Shown: positions 39,734 to 52,612, numbered from the stretch's first letter. The stretch is 64,000 nt of DNA from Octopus sinensis (GCF_006345805.1 NC_043003.1:14756001-14820000), one strand, 5' to 3'. The notes: generated from the letters alone by a model not told the origin. Translations and numbers: made by a program.

Positions 39734-39892
39734 GTATGTATATATATATATATGTATATATGTATATGTATATATATACATATATATATGTATATATACA
39801 TATATATATGTTTATATATATATATACGTATATATATATATATGTATATATGTATATGTATATATATACACACATACACACATACATATATA
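39610..39892. repeat. (TA)n array
   Basis: Read directly. Confidence 0.95.
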
Positions 39893-40068
39893 TTATTTAT
39901 CTCAGTTTTAGAATAAATACACTGCATTCCTGATATGTTGTAAATGACAATTAAAAGGGTTGGTGACCGAAAAGGTGTCTGGCCTGTCTGAAGATCAGAG
40001 TGACATGAAACTTGAGCCATGGTGAATAAATTCCAAAATATCTATCTATGGAGAACTATGTTCTAGGA

Positions 40069-40747
40069 CAGGGCTGGCCAACCTGAGGCCCATGGGCTGC
40101 ATGTGGCCCGCAGACTTTTATCTTGTGGCCCACTTGATGCTTTCTTGAAATGGCTTTATTTATACAACCATTTTCTAAATTTTATCAAAAATTAAAGAGT
40201 GTAATGAAAAGTAAGAAAGATACTACTGTTTTTGCAACGATAATATTTCATGTTGTATCTGCTGACCACTGAGATCCCCTTCAATCATGACTTACCATAG
40301 GATTGCACCTAGAAAGTTACCTTCCCAGGCACAAGTCCAGGCAAGGTTGTTTATGGAACACCAGTAGTTGCCTATGCATATCAGCCTCCCCTCTCCATAC
40401 CATGGATGTTATCCAAGAGAAACGCCAATACAGTTTGGCATACCAGTGATGTCGCAACTCATTTCTACAGCTGAGTGAACTGGAGCAACGTGAAGTAAAG
40501 TGTCTTGCTCAAGACACAACATGCAGCCCGGTCCGGGAATCGAACTCACAACCTCGCGATTGTAAGCTCGACACTCTAACCACTGAGTCATGCACCTTCA
40601 CTATGTGTATCAATGATCATTCATTTATAATTGTAATAACAGTATGAGAAAGCAAAATGTTTTCAATTCTGTCAGCATACAAGTGGCCCTCAAAAACCTT
40701 TCTGCAATTAAAGTGGCCCACAATGTAATTCGAATTGGTCAGGCCTG
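40069..40747. mobile_element. hAT (Charlie-like) non-autonomous element with nested family D-type SINE (40274-40600, -)
   Basis: TIR cagggctggccaa / ttggtcaggcctg; tggccc subterminal motifs; 8-bp TSD ttctagga / ttcaagga (one mismatch). Confidence 0.85.
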
Positions 40748-40954
40748 TTCAAGGAAAAGGTCTCCTTAGAAACCGAAATTAAAATACAAAGGCCACTTGA
40801 AATCTGATTCGAGGAAATAATATCCACATGAGAAGTTGTGAAATAATTACAATTGAAAGGGTTTGGGGGAAAAAAAGATATTCAGTATATCAATGCATTT
40901 TGAAGAAGAATCACATTAAACACATACAATTGAACTTAAATGCAAGGAAAGGAA

Positions 40955-41712
40955 TAGTTAGCATGCTGAGCGAAATGCTTAGTGGTATTTCATCTACCAT
41001 TAGGTTTTGAGTTCAAATTCCGCTGAGGCTGACTTTGCCTTTCATCCTTTGGAGTCGATAAAATTAGTACCAGTTGCATACTGGGGTCGATTTAACTTAC
41101 TTAATCCTTTACCCCAAAATTTGAGGCCTAGTGCTTCCAGTAGAAATCATTTATTAAAATTGAAAAAGTGTGACACACTGAGATTCACATTTATTATATT
41201 AGATGTGTTTAATTTAGGGGAAACTTTATTTCTATTAAAGTGTATTATATATGTGTGTGTGTGTTTGGAAATTGTAGCTGTGATACCAGTGCCAGTGGCA
41301 TGTAAGCGAACCATCCGAACGTGGCCGTTGCCAGCCTCACCTGGCCCCCGTGCCGGTGGCACATAAAAAGCACCAACCAATCGTGGCCATTGCCAGCCTC
41401 GCCTGGCCCCTGTGCCGGTGGCACATAAAAAGCACCATCTGATCGTGGCCATTGCCAGCGCCACCTCGACTGGCTTCCGTGCCGGTGGCATTTAAAAAGC
41501 ACCAACCGATCGTGGCCATTGCCAACCTCGCCTGGCACGTAAAAAGCACCCACTACACTCACGGAGTGGTTGGTGGTAGGAAGGGCATTCAGCTGTAGAA
41601 ACACTACCAGATCAGACTGGAGCCTGGTGCAGCCTCCTGGCTTTCCAGACCCTTGTCAAACCGTCCAACCCATGCTAGCATGGAAAGCGGATGCTAAATC
41701 ATGATGATGATG
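40955..41712 (+). mobile_element. Nin-DC-like SINE (40955-41147) and family C SINE with several about 60-bp internal subrepeats (41275-41712)
   Basis: Repeated gtgccggtggcacataaaaagcacc..cgtggccattgccagc units, then Meta-like domain. Confidence 0.8.
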
Positions 41713-42385
41713 TGTGTGTGTGTGTGTGTATTAAAGAAAGTAAAAATAAAACAAAAATGATAGTTTCAGTATGTTGGTGACAGGAATTTCTGTCAAAGTG
41801 AGGACATGGTTAAAAACGTTGTATATATCCTCCTTTCTCTCACATATCCACTCTTTCTCTCTCTTTTATTATTACTCCCACTGCCACCATCAACACTACT
41901 ACTTTTAATAAAACATTGTCAACTCTCCCTAAATTTCCTTGCCTCTCTTTCTCTTCCACTCTTTTTCTTTCTTTCTTTCTTTCTTTCTCTCTCTCTTTGC
42001 CACCACCCTCACCATCTCTATGTCCACTATTACTCTCACCCATCATGAGGAATAGTAGGAGTGTCATTGAATAGTGAGAGAGGGAGTCTAAGTGTGACAC
42101 ACTGACACACAGAAATTAGTTTTCACATTTATTATATTAGATATATACATATGCACACCCATACATAAAAATATATCTTTCTTTCTCTCTATCTTTCTTC
42201 GTTGTGTGTGTGTGTGTGTGTGTGTATGAATGTGTGTGTGTATACACCAGAGCGTTAAAGAATTATAATAAACATGAAGCGATTAGAGGCAAAATTTGTT
42301 AGAGGCTATGGAAGGGATAATTTTAGTGATAATGATGATGAGGACAGCAACGATCTCTATGGTGATGGTGACGATGCTAACATGA

Positions 42386-42418
<33 letters not shown>

Positions 42419-43284
42419 ACGATGACGACGATGATGATGATGATGATGATAACGATAATGACGATGATGATGACGATGATGATGATGATGATGATGTTGT
42501 TAGAGGGCTGATATTCTTGTTGATAATGGAGTCACCAATGACAACACAAAAAGAAATTGTAAAAAATTGTAAAAAAAAAAAAATTATAACTAAGATTAAA
42601 AGAAATGTTTTTGGTTTTTTGTTTTAAACTACTTAAAATAGAATATTTTGTCCCCAAAGGGATTGCAATCCTCTGAAATTTTTACTACCAATTAAATTTC
42701 TGATATAGATTTTATTTGATAGATCAGTGTGTTATATTTTACTGCAGAAATTTGCTCTTAGAGACGATAAAATGAAAAATATAATATAATAAAGCACAAT
42801 TTTAAAAAAATAAAAATAAAAAAATTTTAAAATAACAAAACAAAATGAAGCAAATGCTGGCTTCATTTCTAAATTGATTTAAATATTTTCATTTGGGTAA
42901 AATTTCTTTCTTCCTCAGATTTAGTTCATTCAGTTAGATAACTCAGCTTTTTTTTTCCCCACATACAGGCAGACTCACCAATAGGTATGTATGCATGACC
43001 CACATCTAATCCTCTTCATGTCTCTCTCTTTCTTTCTCTATCTCTCTCTCCACACCCACACTTGAGTGTGTGCCTCATTTGCTTTTCTATGTTGGCATCA
43101 GTTGGACAGTCCATGTGTCACCATGCCACATCTGTGATTCATGCCTTCTGTCCAGCCCTTTGAAATAGACGGGAGCAATGTGAAATAAAGCATCTTGCTC
43201 AAGGACACAACATGTCACTGGGAATTGAACTCATAACCTTACAATCATGAGCTGTTTGTCATTGTGTCTTACAGTATAAAGTAA

Positions 43285-44030
43285 AGGTGCATGGCTTAGT
43301 GGTTAGGGCATTTGACTCGCGATCATAAGGCCATGAGTTCAATTCCTAGTGATGCATTGTGTCCTTGAGCAAGACACTTTATTTTGTTGCTCCAGTTCAC
43401 TCAGCTGGCAAAATTCAGTAGTACCTGTATTTCAAAGGGCCGACCTTGTCACACTTTGTTATTTTTTTATTGCCCACAAGGAGCTAAACATAGAGGGGAC
43501 AAACAAGGACAGACAAAGGGATGAAGTCGATTTTATCGACCCCAGTGTGTGACTGGTACTTAATTCATGGACCCCGAAAGGATGAAAGGCAAAGTCAACC
43601 TGGGCAGAATTTGAACTCAGAACGTAATGGCAGACGAAATACCTATTTCTTTACTACCCACAAGGGCTAAACACAGAGAGGACAAACAAGGACAGACAAA
43701 TGGATTAAGTCGATTATATCGACTCCAGTGCATAACTGGTATTTATTTAATCAACCCCGAAAGGATGAAAGGCAAAGTCAACCTCGGCAGAATTTGAACT
43801 CAGAACGTAACGGCAGATGAAATACTGCTAAGCATTTCGCCCGGCATGCTAATGTTTCTGCCAGTTCGCCACCTTGTCACAGTGTGTCACGCTGAATCTG
43901 CCTGAGAGCTACGTTAAGGGTACATGTGTCTGTGGAGTGCTCAGCATCTTGCACGTTAATTTCATGAGCAGGCTGTTCCGTTGATCATATCAGCTGGGAC
44001 CTTTGTCATCATAACCGACGGAGTGCTCCT
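43285..44030 (+). mobile_element. SINE family E containing a dimeric Nin-DC-like SINE (43470-43873, -)
   Basis: accttgtcaca duplicated at 43443-43453 and 43871-43881; inner SINE repeated at 43470-43640 and 43643-43873. Confidence 0.8.
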
Positions 44031-44748
44031 TCCTTTTTCACTCCATGACCCAGGCGTATTCTATGATGCTACTGGAATTGGTGAATCTGTCTCAAACAGG
44101 ACTGAAGAGTTGTTGCAACTTCTATCAGTTATGGATGTGGTGGTTAAGAAGCTCGCTTTGCAACCATGTAGCTTTGGGTTCAATCCCATTGTGTGTCACC
44201 TTGGATAGGTGTCTTCTACTGTATCCCTAGGACGACTAATAACTTGTGGGTGAATTCAATGGACGGAAACTGTGTGGAAGGCCATCATGTATGTATGTGT
44301 GTGTACAAGTGTGTGTACACGTATGTGCATGTGTGTATGTATATGTGCATGTGTGTGTATGTGCATGCGTATGTGTCTGTGCATGCATGTGTGTATGTGT
44401 GTTAGTGAGTGTGTGTGTGTGTGTGTGTGTGCCTGTGTGTGTGTGAGTGTATGTGTGTAACTGAGAGAGAGAGAGAGAGAGAAAGAGAGTGAGAGTTAAC
44501 AAGAATGAGGGCAGAAAGAGGTGTGCTGCTGAAGGGGAGTACATGGTTACCTAGAAAAAGGTGGGGATTTAGCAAGAAAGAGGTGTGCTGGAAACCTTTC
44601 AGTCTCCATCTATCAAATCCACTTACAAGGCTTCAGTCAACCTGGGGCTATAGTAGAAGACACTTGCCCAAGGTATCATACCGTGGGATTGAACCCAGAA
44701 TCATGTGGTTGGGAAACAAGCTTCTAACCACACTTCCACACCTGCACA

Positions 44749-44785
<37 letters not shown>

Positions 44786-45408
44786 CATATATCCCCATCA
44801 TCATCATTATTATCATGATGATGATCATTTAACATCTGCTTTCCATGCTGGCATGGGTTGGGCAGTTGGACTGAAGACTGGCAATCCAGAAGGCTGCATC
44901 AGGCTCCAATCTGATTTGGAGGCCTTTCCTAATGCCAATCACTCCGAGAGTGTAGTGGGTGCTTTTTACGTGCCACTGGTATGAGGGCCAGTCAATCAGC
45001 ACTGACAATGATCATGCTCAAATGGTGCTTTTTACATCCCACTGGCATGGGAGCAAGTCAGGTGGCACCAGTAGCAACCATGCTTGAATGGTGCTTTTTA
45101 TGTGCCACCAGCACGGGACCAGTCGGGTGACACTGGCATCTAGGTATATATATATGAAATAAATGTGCCCTTTTAAAGCCTAGCCAGAGTCATGGGGCCC
45201 GGTTTCCCGGTTTCGATGGTGTATGTGTTCCCCAGCTGGACGAGACACCAGTCCATCGCAGCGTTATTCATTTTTGCCAGCTGAGTGGACTGGAGCAACA
45301 TGAAATGAAGTGTCTTGCTCAAGAACACGTGTCGACCGGTCCAGGAATCAAGACACCACAATCTTACGATCATGATTCTGACACCCTAACCACTAAGCCA
45401 CACACCTC

Positions 45409-45442
<34 letters not shown>

Positions 45443-46062
45443 TATATCCCCATCATCATCATTATTATCATGATGATGATCATTTAACATCTGCTTTCCA
45501 TGCTGGCATGGGTTGGGCAGTTGGACTGAAGACTGGCAATCCAGAAGGCTTGCATCAGGCTCCAATCTGATTTGGAGGCCTTTCCTAACGTCAATCACTC
45601 CGAGAGTGTAGTGGGTGCTTTTCACGTGCCATTGGTATGAGGGCCAGTCAATCAGCACTGACAATGATCATGCTCAAATGGTATTTTTACATCCCACTGG
45701 CATGGGAGCAAGTCAGGTGGCACCAGTAGCAACCATGCTTGAATGGTGCTTTTTATGTGCCACCAGCACGGGACCAGTCGGGTGACACTGGCATCTAGGT
45801 ATATATATATGAAATAAATGTGCCCTTTTAAAGCCTAGCCAGAGTCATGGGGCCGGTTTCCCGGTTTCGATGGTGTATGTGTTCCCCAGCTGGACGAGAC
45901 ACCAGTCCATCGCAGCGTTATTCATTTTTGCTAGCTGAGTGGACTGGAGCAACATGAAATGAAGTGTCTTGCTCAAGAACACGTGTCGACCGGTCCAGGA
46001 ATCGAGACACCACAATCTTACGATCATGATTCTGACACCCTAACCACTAAGCCACACACCTC

Positions 46063-46096
<34 letters not shown>

Positions 46097-46737
46097 TATA
46101 TCCCCATCATCATCATTATTATCATGATGATGATCATTTAACATCTGCTTTCCATGCTGGCATGGGTTGGGCAGTTGGACTGAAGACTGGCAAGCCAGAA
46201 GGCTGCATCAGGCTCCAATCTGATTTGGAGGCCTTTCCTAACGTCAATCACTCCGAGAGTGTAGTGGGTGCTTTTCACGTGCCATTGGTATGAGGGCCAG
46301 TCAATCAGCACTGACAATGATCATGCTCAAATGGTAATTTTTACATCCCACCAGCATGGGAGCAAGTCAGGTGGCACCAGTAGCAACCATGCTTGAATGG
46401 TGCTTTTTATGTGCCACCAGCACGGGACCAGTCGGGTGACACTGGCATCTAGGTATATATATATGAAATAAATGTGCCCTTTTAAAGCCTAGCCAGAGTC
46501 ATGGGGCCCGGTTTCCCGGTTTCTATGGTGTATGTGTTCCCCAGCTGGACGAGACACCAGTCCATCGCAGCGTTATTCATTTTTGCTAGCTGAGTGGACT
46601 GGAGCAACATGAAATGAAGTGTCTTGCTCAAGAACACGTGTCGACCGGTCCAGGAATCGAGACACCACAATCTTACGATCATGATTCTGACACCCTAACC
46701 ACTAAGCCACACACCTCCACACACACACACACACACA
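44749..46737. repeat. Tandem triplication of an about 655-bp unit [(CA)n + family C SINE(-) + family D SINE(-)]
   Basis: atccccatcatc anchor at 44791, 45446 and 46100; units nearly identical. Confidence 0.93.
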
Positions 46738-47347
46738 TATATATAGATATACATATATGTGTGTGTGTAGATGTGTGGATGTACATATGTATTTATGTAC
46801 ATATATATTTACACATACATATGTACATACATTCATATATACAGGTGTGTGTGTGTGCATGTGTGTATGTATATACGCACACACACAACACACATGTACA
46901 CACTCACCCATATGCAGTTGTTTACATTATCCTTATCAAAGTCTTCAGACACAGCACTGGAATTCACTTTCTATTTTTCGTTGTTGGTATGCTTCACACC
47001 ATCAGCTTCCCTTTAGTTCCTCATCCACATTACTGCTGCTGCCACAGATGCTTCCGCAGATGCTGCTGTCACTGCTGTCACTTATGCAGCAGCTGCTGTT
47101 GTTACCATCTCTGCTGTTGCTTCTGCTGCTGTAGTTATTATTGTTGTAAAATAAATTTTGAATCTTATAAGAAAATACCTAACAGTTTCCAGGTTGAATG
47201 CCAACTGCATTTGTGAGGCACTGTACGTAGCACAGTGAGCAGAACATTGTGTGATGTACTCCTTTTAAATTATCTAAGTGATTGGACTGTGGCCAAGCTG
47301 GAGCATTGCACTGAAGTGTTTTAGTTGATTATTTTGATATCAATACT

Positions 47348-47745
47348 CTTTACTCTTTACTCTTTTACTTGTTTCAGTCATTTGATCGTGGCCATGCTGG
47401 AGCACCGCCCTTACTGGAGCAAATCGAACCCAGGACTTATTCTTTGTAAGCCTAGTACTTATTCTATCGGTCTCTTTTGCCGAACCACTAAGTTATGGGG
47501 ACGCAAACACACCAGCTTCGGTTGTCGAGTGATGTTGGGGGTACAAACACAGACACACAAACATATGTACTCACACACACATATATATACATATATACGA
47601 TGGGCTTCTTTCAGTTTCCGTCTACCAAATCCACTCACAAGGCTTTGGTTGGCCTGAGGCTATAGCAGAAGACACATGCCCAGGGTGCCAACGCAGTGGG
47701 ACTGAACCTGGAACCATGTGGTTGGTAAGCAAGCTACTTACCACT
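47348..47745 (-). mobile_element. SINE family A
   Basis: Reverse complement of 4501-4900 type. Confidence 0.85.
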
Positions 47746-48034
47746 CCTATGCTTTAAATATTTAATACTTAAATATTTTTACAGTCTGGTATCTATGTTG
47801 GAGGAAATAAGAGCTGTCATCTTAATTTGTTGCACCGTTAATTTATGAGACAGAATTGCAGAAGATTCTTATTTCAAGCAGTGTTTCACACACAAACACT
47901 ATTGATGTCACATGCTCTGAGTACGTGTTTTGTTTCAATGCTTGTTAGCTGGGGATTCTTGTTCAAGAACTGTCCTTTTAAGACGTCAAGTTCAGTACTG
48001 AAAAGCTGAAATAACTACAAAATATAGGCTTAAA

Positions 48035-48245
48035 ATTATTGGCACAAGGCCAGCAATTTCAGGGGTTGGTGGGGTAAGTCAATTACATCAGCCCCAGTGC
48101 TTAACTGGTACTTATTCTATTGACTACAAAAAGACGAAAGGCAAAGCCAACCTCAGCAGAATTTGAACTCAGATGATGAAGATGGACAAAATGTTGCTTA
48201 GCATTTTGCCTGGTATGCTAACAATTCCACCAGCTTGCTACCTTT
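48035..48245 (-). mobile_element. Nin-DC-like SINE
   Basis: Same family as 2191-2403. Confidence 0.75.
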
Positions 48246-48715
48246 GCTTATATATATATATATATTATGGATGTCACATATTTAAAGTATATATTTTGTT
48301 TAAATACCTATTAACTGTGGAATCTTATCCAAGGAATATCCCTTTAAGACATCGAGTGTTCGGTGCTGATGAGCTGAAATAACACTGAAATATTGATCTC
48401 CACTGTTTTGATTCATCTACAGGGTTATTCATTTTGCCTAGTTCTGAGGTATTCAGTGTTTTTAACACTCAACTTCTTCAGGAAATGCTTCCCTGGATGA
48501 AATCCCATAGAGTTTAAACAAAACACATACAATAAGTATGTAAGTAACATCAATAATATCTACATTAACAGAGCAGAGATGCTTCTAATTGAAAATTTGA
48601 TATATATATATATACGAATACAAAAAATGGGACAAGAACGCAAAACATCATAAGAGAACCTCATAAGAGAAAAATCCACCAATTTTTCTCTTAAATATAT
48701 TTATTTGTATTATGC

Positions 48716-49458
48716 AGAGAGCATTACTATATATAAATGGCTACACACTAGGAGGGACTCTTAAAGTTAAAGCTACCAAAATAAATAAACACATTGTACC
48801 GAAAGCAAAGGAATTCAACTCTTGAAGCTAGTCACTTAAAAACAGAATTCAGCTGCAAATCACATGATTTCATAATTAGTGCAGAAATGCATTTTTTAAT
48901 CGTCAGTGCATGCATAATTCAAGATATATAATGAATGAATGAGGTTTTTCACGCTAACTACTTGATAAATTTTTATAAATGTTTTATCCTATTTTTAAAT
49001 TGTAAATTTAACCGAAGTATATTCAGTAATGAATTTTTATTCTGAATAAACACGTTATACCGAGATGCAATTCATAAAAGCCCGCCATTTACATAGATGT
49101 ATAAAGGGTGAACATTTCTATATGCTACGTTGGATACATTGGTTGTTCATCTAGTATGCTGATTTTTGTTCATTCATTATATATTTACAATTTAAAAATG
49201 GGATAAAATCTTTATAAGAATTTATGAAGTAGTTAGTGTGAAAAATCTCATTCATTCATTATGCGTGCACTGATGATTAAAAAGTGCATTTCTGCACTAA
49301 TTATGAAATCATGTCATTTGCAGCCGAATTCTGTTTTTAAGTGGCTAGGTTTGAGAGTTGCATTTCCTCACTTTCGGTATGATGTGTTGATTTATTTTGG
49401 TAGTTTTGACTTTAAGAGTCCCTCCTAGCGTGTGCATTTATGTTTAGTAATGCCCTCT
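48716..49458. mobile_element. About 740-bp foldback element with about 290-bp imperfect inverted arms
   Basis: agagcattact..tttttaaattgtaaat (48716-49007) is the imperfect reverse complement of atttacaatttaaaaa..agtaatgccctct (49183-49458). Confidence 0.9.
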
Positions 49459-49492
49459 ATATATATATATGTATATATATGTATATATATAT

Positions 49493-49551
<59 letters not shown>

Positions 49552-49552
<1 letters not shown>

Positions 49553-49825
49553 GCATATATGGGTACAGGATGTCACAAAACATAAACAACATGAATTAAG
49601 AAATACGAAAACAACATGAAATACAAAGGCAAACTTGGGTATGCGAACAACGAGAGAAACAAATGGAAAACAAGACAAGTAACATAAAGGACGACCCTTC
49701 ATCAGTTGTCGGCTGTCCATCTACTCCATATTTCGAGTGGGTCATTCTTTAAATTGGTTTCTTTTCCATGTTTCTCTCATTGTTTGCATACCCAAGTTTG
49801 CCTTCGTATTTCATGTCGTTTTGCA
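49552..49825. mobile_element. TA-anchored PLE-like fragment with partial inversion
   Basis: 49608-49670 inverted relative to 49761-49823; terminus gtcctgtacccatatatgc (minus strand) resembles 53559-53579. Confidence 0.6.
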
Positions 49826-49844
49826 TTTATAATTAAATAAATAT

Positions 49845-50300
49845 TCTTTTTATTCTTTTACTTGTTCCAGTCATTTGACTATGGCCATTTTGAAGCACTG
49901 CCTTTAGTCGAACAAATCGACCCCAGGACTTATTCTTTGTAAGCCTAGTACTTATTCTATAGGATTCTTCGCCAAACCACTTAGTTACGGCGACATAAAC
50001 ACACCAACATCGGTTGTTAAACAATTGTGGGGAGACAAATACAGACACACAAATACATACATGCATACATACATACATGCACAAAATACATACATACACA
50101 CAAATACATACATACATAGATATATACATATACATATATACGACGGCTTCTTTCAGTTTCTGTCTACCAAATTCACTCACAAGGCATTGGTTGGCCCAAG
50201 GCTATAATAGAAGACACTTGCCCAAGGTACCACACAGTGGGACTGAACCTGGAACCATGTGGTTGGTAAGCAAGCTACTTACCACACAGCCACTCCTGCA
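49845..50300 (-). mobile_element. SINE family A
   Basis: Family match. Confidence 0.85.
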
Positions 50301-50641
50301 CCTACTGTATATTATATAGATAATATAAAAATATACTGTACAGTACTGTTTCTACTTTGTGGATTTTTACCCATCACGGGGTGGTTTTAGAAAATAACAC
50401 CCGCAATAGTCGAAGGATTATTGTATTGCTTAAAATCTTTCAGAAGGATATCAGATATTGAGAAAACAGAAAAATAAAACACAAATACTTGAAAACACAG
50501 GAGGGGTAACTGCCACTCACTGGCACAAACATGAGTGGGAATGGATGGAGTAATTAAAAGCTGACTGAGGAGATATATGATCAAAGATGCTCCAGCTATG
50601 GCTCCCCCTTTGAAATGATTTTCTTGTCTTTGTTTTAGATG

Positions 50642-50862
50642 TACGAGAGGATGCAGAAAAGTTTCTGGTTTTGGGTAAAAGAAAATCCAGGTGGATCAGT
50701 TAATTTTGATTTTATTTAACATATTCCTCTTTTCAGAGTCACACACTTATTGCAGCAGTCCTTCAGTTTTTCTAAGCCCTGTAAGAGAACTCTGAAGGTT
50801 GGGCCTCCAACCAGGCCCTCTGTGATATCCTTAAAGCCAGGAACTTTTCAGGACCCCCTTGT
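50642..50862. mobile_element. Mariner-like MITE (about 220 bp); other copies at 56182-56404 (inverted) and 54652-54728 (partial)
   Basis: TIR tacgagaggatgcagaaaagtttctgg / ccaggaacttttcaggaccccctt. Confidence 0.75.
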
Positions 50863-51463
50863 GATATACCTAAGACTACATTATTCAATGTATCTGTTAT
50901 CAATTAGGTTGGTAAGGTGTGATTTTGAGGGAGATTTGGCTGCTATTTCTAGCACAGTGTATGGCTAGGTAGAAGTTCTCTCAACAGCTTGTGAACTGTC
51001 ATGCAGCAAGGTACCAACTAAATACTTTACAGCGATAAATCTTGCCTTTCTGTGTCTCAGGTTCAAATCTTGATTGAGCATTGATGAAATAAATGTGAAT
51101 AAGTCCATCTGTCCTTTGAGCTGGATTCAATTGACTCCAAAATTAGTCTGGTAGAAATCAATATTATTTACTAAAAATAACAGAACCTATTTTTAAAATT
51201 ATGTGGTTTTTTTATTTTTCCTGAATGTTAGCCTTCATTGAAATTTGAAAACAAATTATTGATTGGTTTCTTCCTTTTATTTTGTATTGAACTTCATTCT
51301 CACCATTTAAATATCGAAAAAGAAAAAAACAAATTGTTTAGCACCTGTTTGTTCATGTTACCATGGGAAACCTAAAACTCTTCTCTTTCTACCATCATTT
51401 GACAGAGTGTGCGTGTGTATATATATATGTATATATATATGTATATATGTTATATATATTATA

Positions 51464-51506
<43 letters not shown>

Positions 51507-51680
51507 TAAATATTAGGGAATAAATCCAAATTTACAGGGAAAAAATCAGATTTAGGATTAAATCCAATTTTATAGTAAAATATTATAAAATATTATTAGA
51601 GACAAAACCACTATTTTGCAAAACAAACAAGGAAAGACTTAATCAATACATAAAATTTTAATAAATAGTCAAAAAAACCG

Positions 51681-51723
51681 CCACTACAATTGTTTCTTGT
51701 CTTGATCGACAATCTTCAGGTGG
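51681..51723 (-). ncRNA. Minimal type I hammerhead ribozyme motif (PLE-type)
   Basis: Reverse complement of 52068-52110. Confidence 0.8.
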
Positions 51724-52067
51724 ACTTCCAATAAGTCAGTTTCAAATTATGAATTATGAAATATGAATTATGAATTATGAAATAGGTTCTGTTATTTTTA
51801 GTAAATAATATTGATTTCTACCAGACTAATTTTGGAGTCAATTGAATCCAGCTCAAAGGACAGATGGACTTATTCACATTTATTTCATCAATGCTCAATC
51901 AAGATTTGAACCTGAGACACAGAAAGGCAAGATTTATCGCTGTAAAGTATTTAGTTGGTACCTTGCTGCATGACAGTTCACAAGCTGTTGAGAGAACTTC
52001 TACCTAGCCATACACTGTGCTAGAAATAGCAGCCAAATTCATAATTTGAAACTGACTTATTGGAAGT

Positions 52068-52110
52068 CCACCTGAAGATTGTCGATCAAGACAAGAAACA
52101 ATTGTAGTGG
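52068..52110 (+). ncRNA. Minimal type I hammerhead ribozyme motif (PLE-type); predicted cleavage after 52106
   Basis: ccac-CTGAAGA-ttgtc gatcaa gacaa-GAAA-caattg-TA-gtgg: core motifs intact, stems I and II pair, palindromic stem III. Confidence 0.8.
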
Positions 52111-52197
52111 CGGTTTTTTTGACTATTTATTAAAATTTTATGTATTGATTAAGTCTTTCCTTGTTTGTTTTGCAAAATAGTGGTTTTGTCTCTAATA

Positions 52198-52229
<32 letters not shown>

Positions 52230-52230
<1 letters not shown>

Positions 52231-52612
52231 TCTCTTTTACTCTCTTTTACTTGTTTCAGTCATTTGACTGTGGCCATGCTGGAGCACCGGCTTCTAGTCG
52301 AGTAAATCGACCCCAGGACTTATTCTTTGTAAGCCTAGCACTTATTCTATCAGTCTCTTTTGCTGAAACGCTAAGTTACGGGGACATAAACACACCAGTA
52401 TCAGTTGTCAAGCAATGGTGGGGGGACAAACACCGACACACAAACATATACACACATACATATATATACATATATGCGACGGGCTTCTTTCACTCACAAG
52501 GCTTTGGTCGGCCTGAGGCTATAGTAGAAGGCACTTGCCCAAGGTGCCACACAGTGGGAATGAACCCGGAACCATGTGGTTCGTAAGCAGCTATTTACCA
52601 CACAGCCACTCC
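52230..52612 (-). mobile_element. SINE family A
   Basis: Family match. Confidence 0.85.

Larger units (their letters stand above)
51501..52207. mobile_element. PLE pLTR-like element with 172-bp inverted arms enclosing a reverse copy of 50934-51192
   Basis: Arms 51584-51755 / 52036-52207; insert 51780-52038; (TA)n on both sides. Confidence 0.85.

Noticed and set aside
39988-40018. ctgaaga..gaaac spacing
   Set aside because: No convincing stem I or II and no UH cleavage site.
41275-41560. CRISPR-like repeat/spacer pattern (also 5840-6020, 62020-62350)
   Set aside because: Internal tandem subrepeats of a SINE; spacers are homologous to each other; eukaryotic context with no cas genes.
48361-48387. 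cggtg-CTGATGA-gct-GAAA-taa-cactg hammerhead look-alike
   Set aside because: Only 3 nt for stem II and no stem III; a similar motif near 47995 lacks the core, so probably a subrepeat of an old element.
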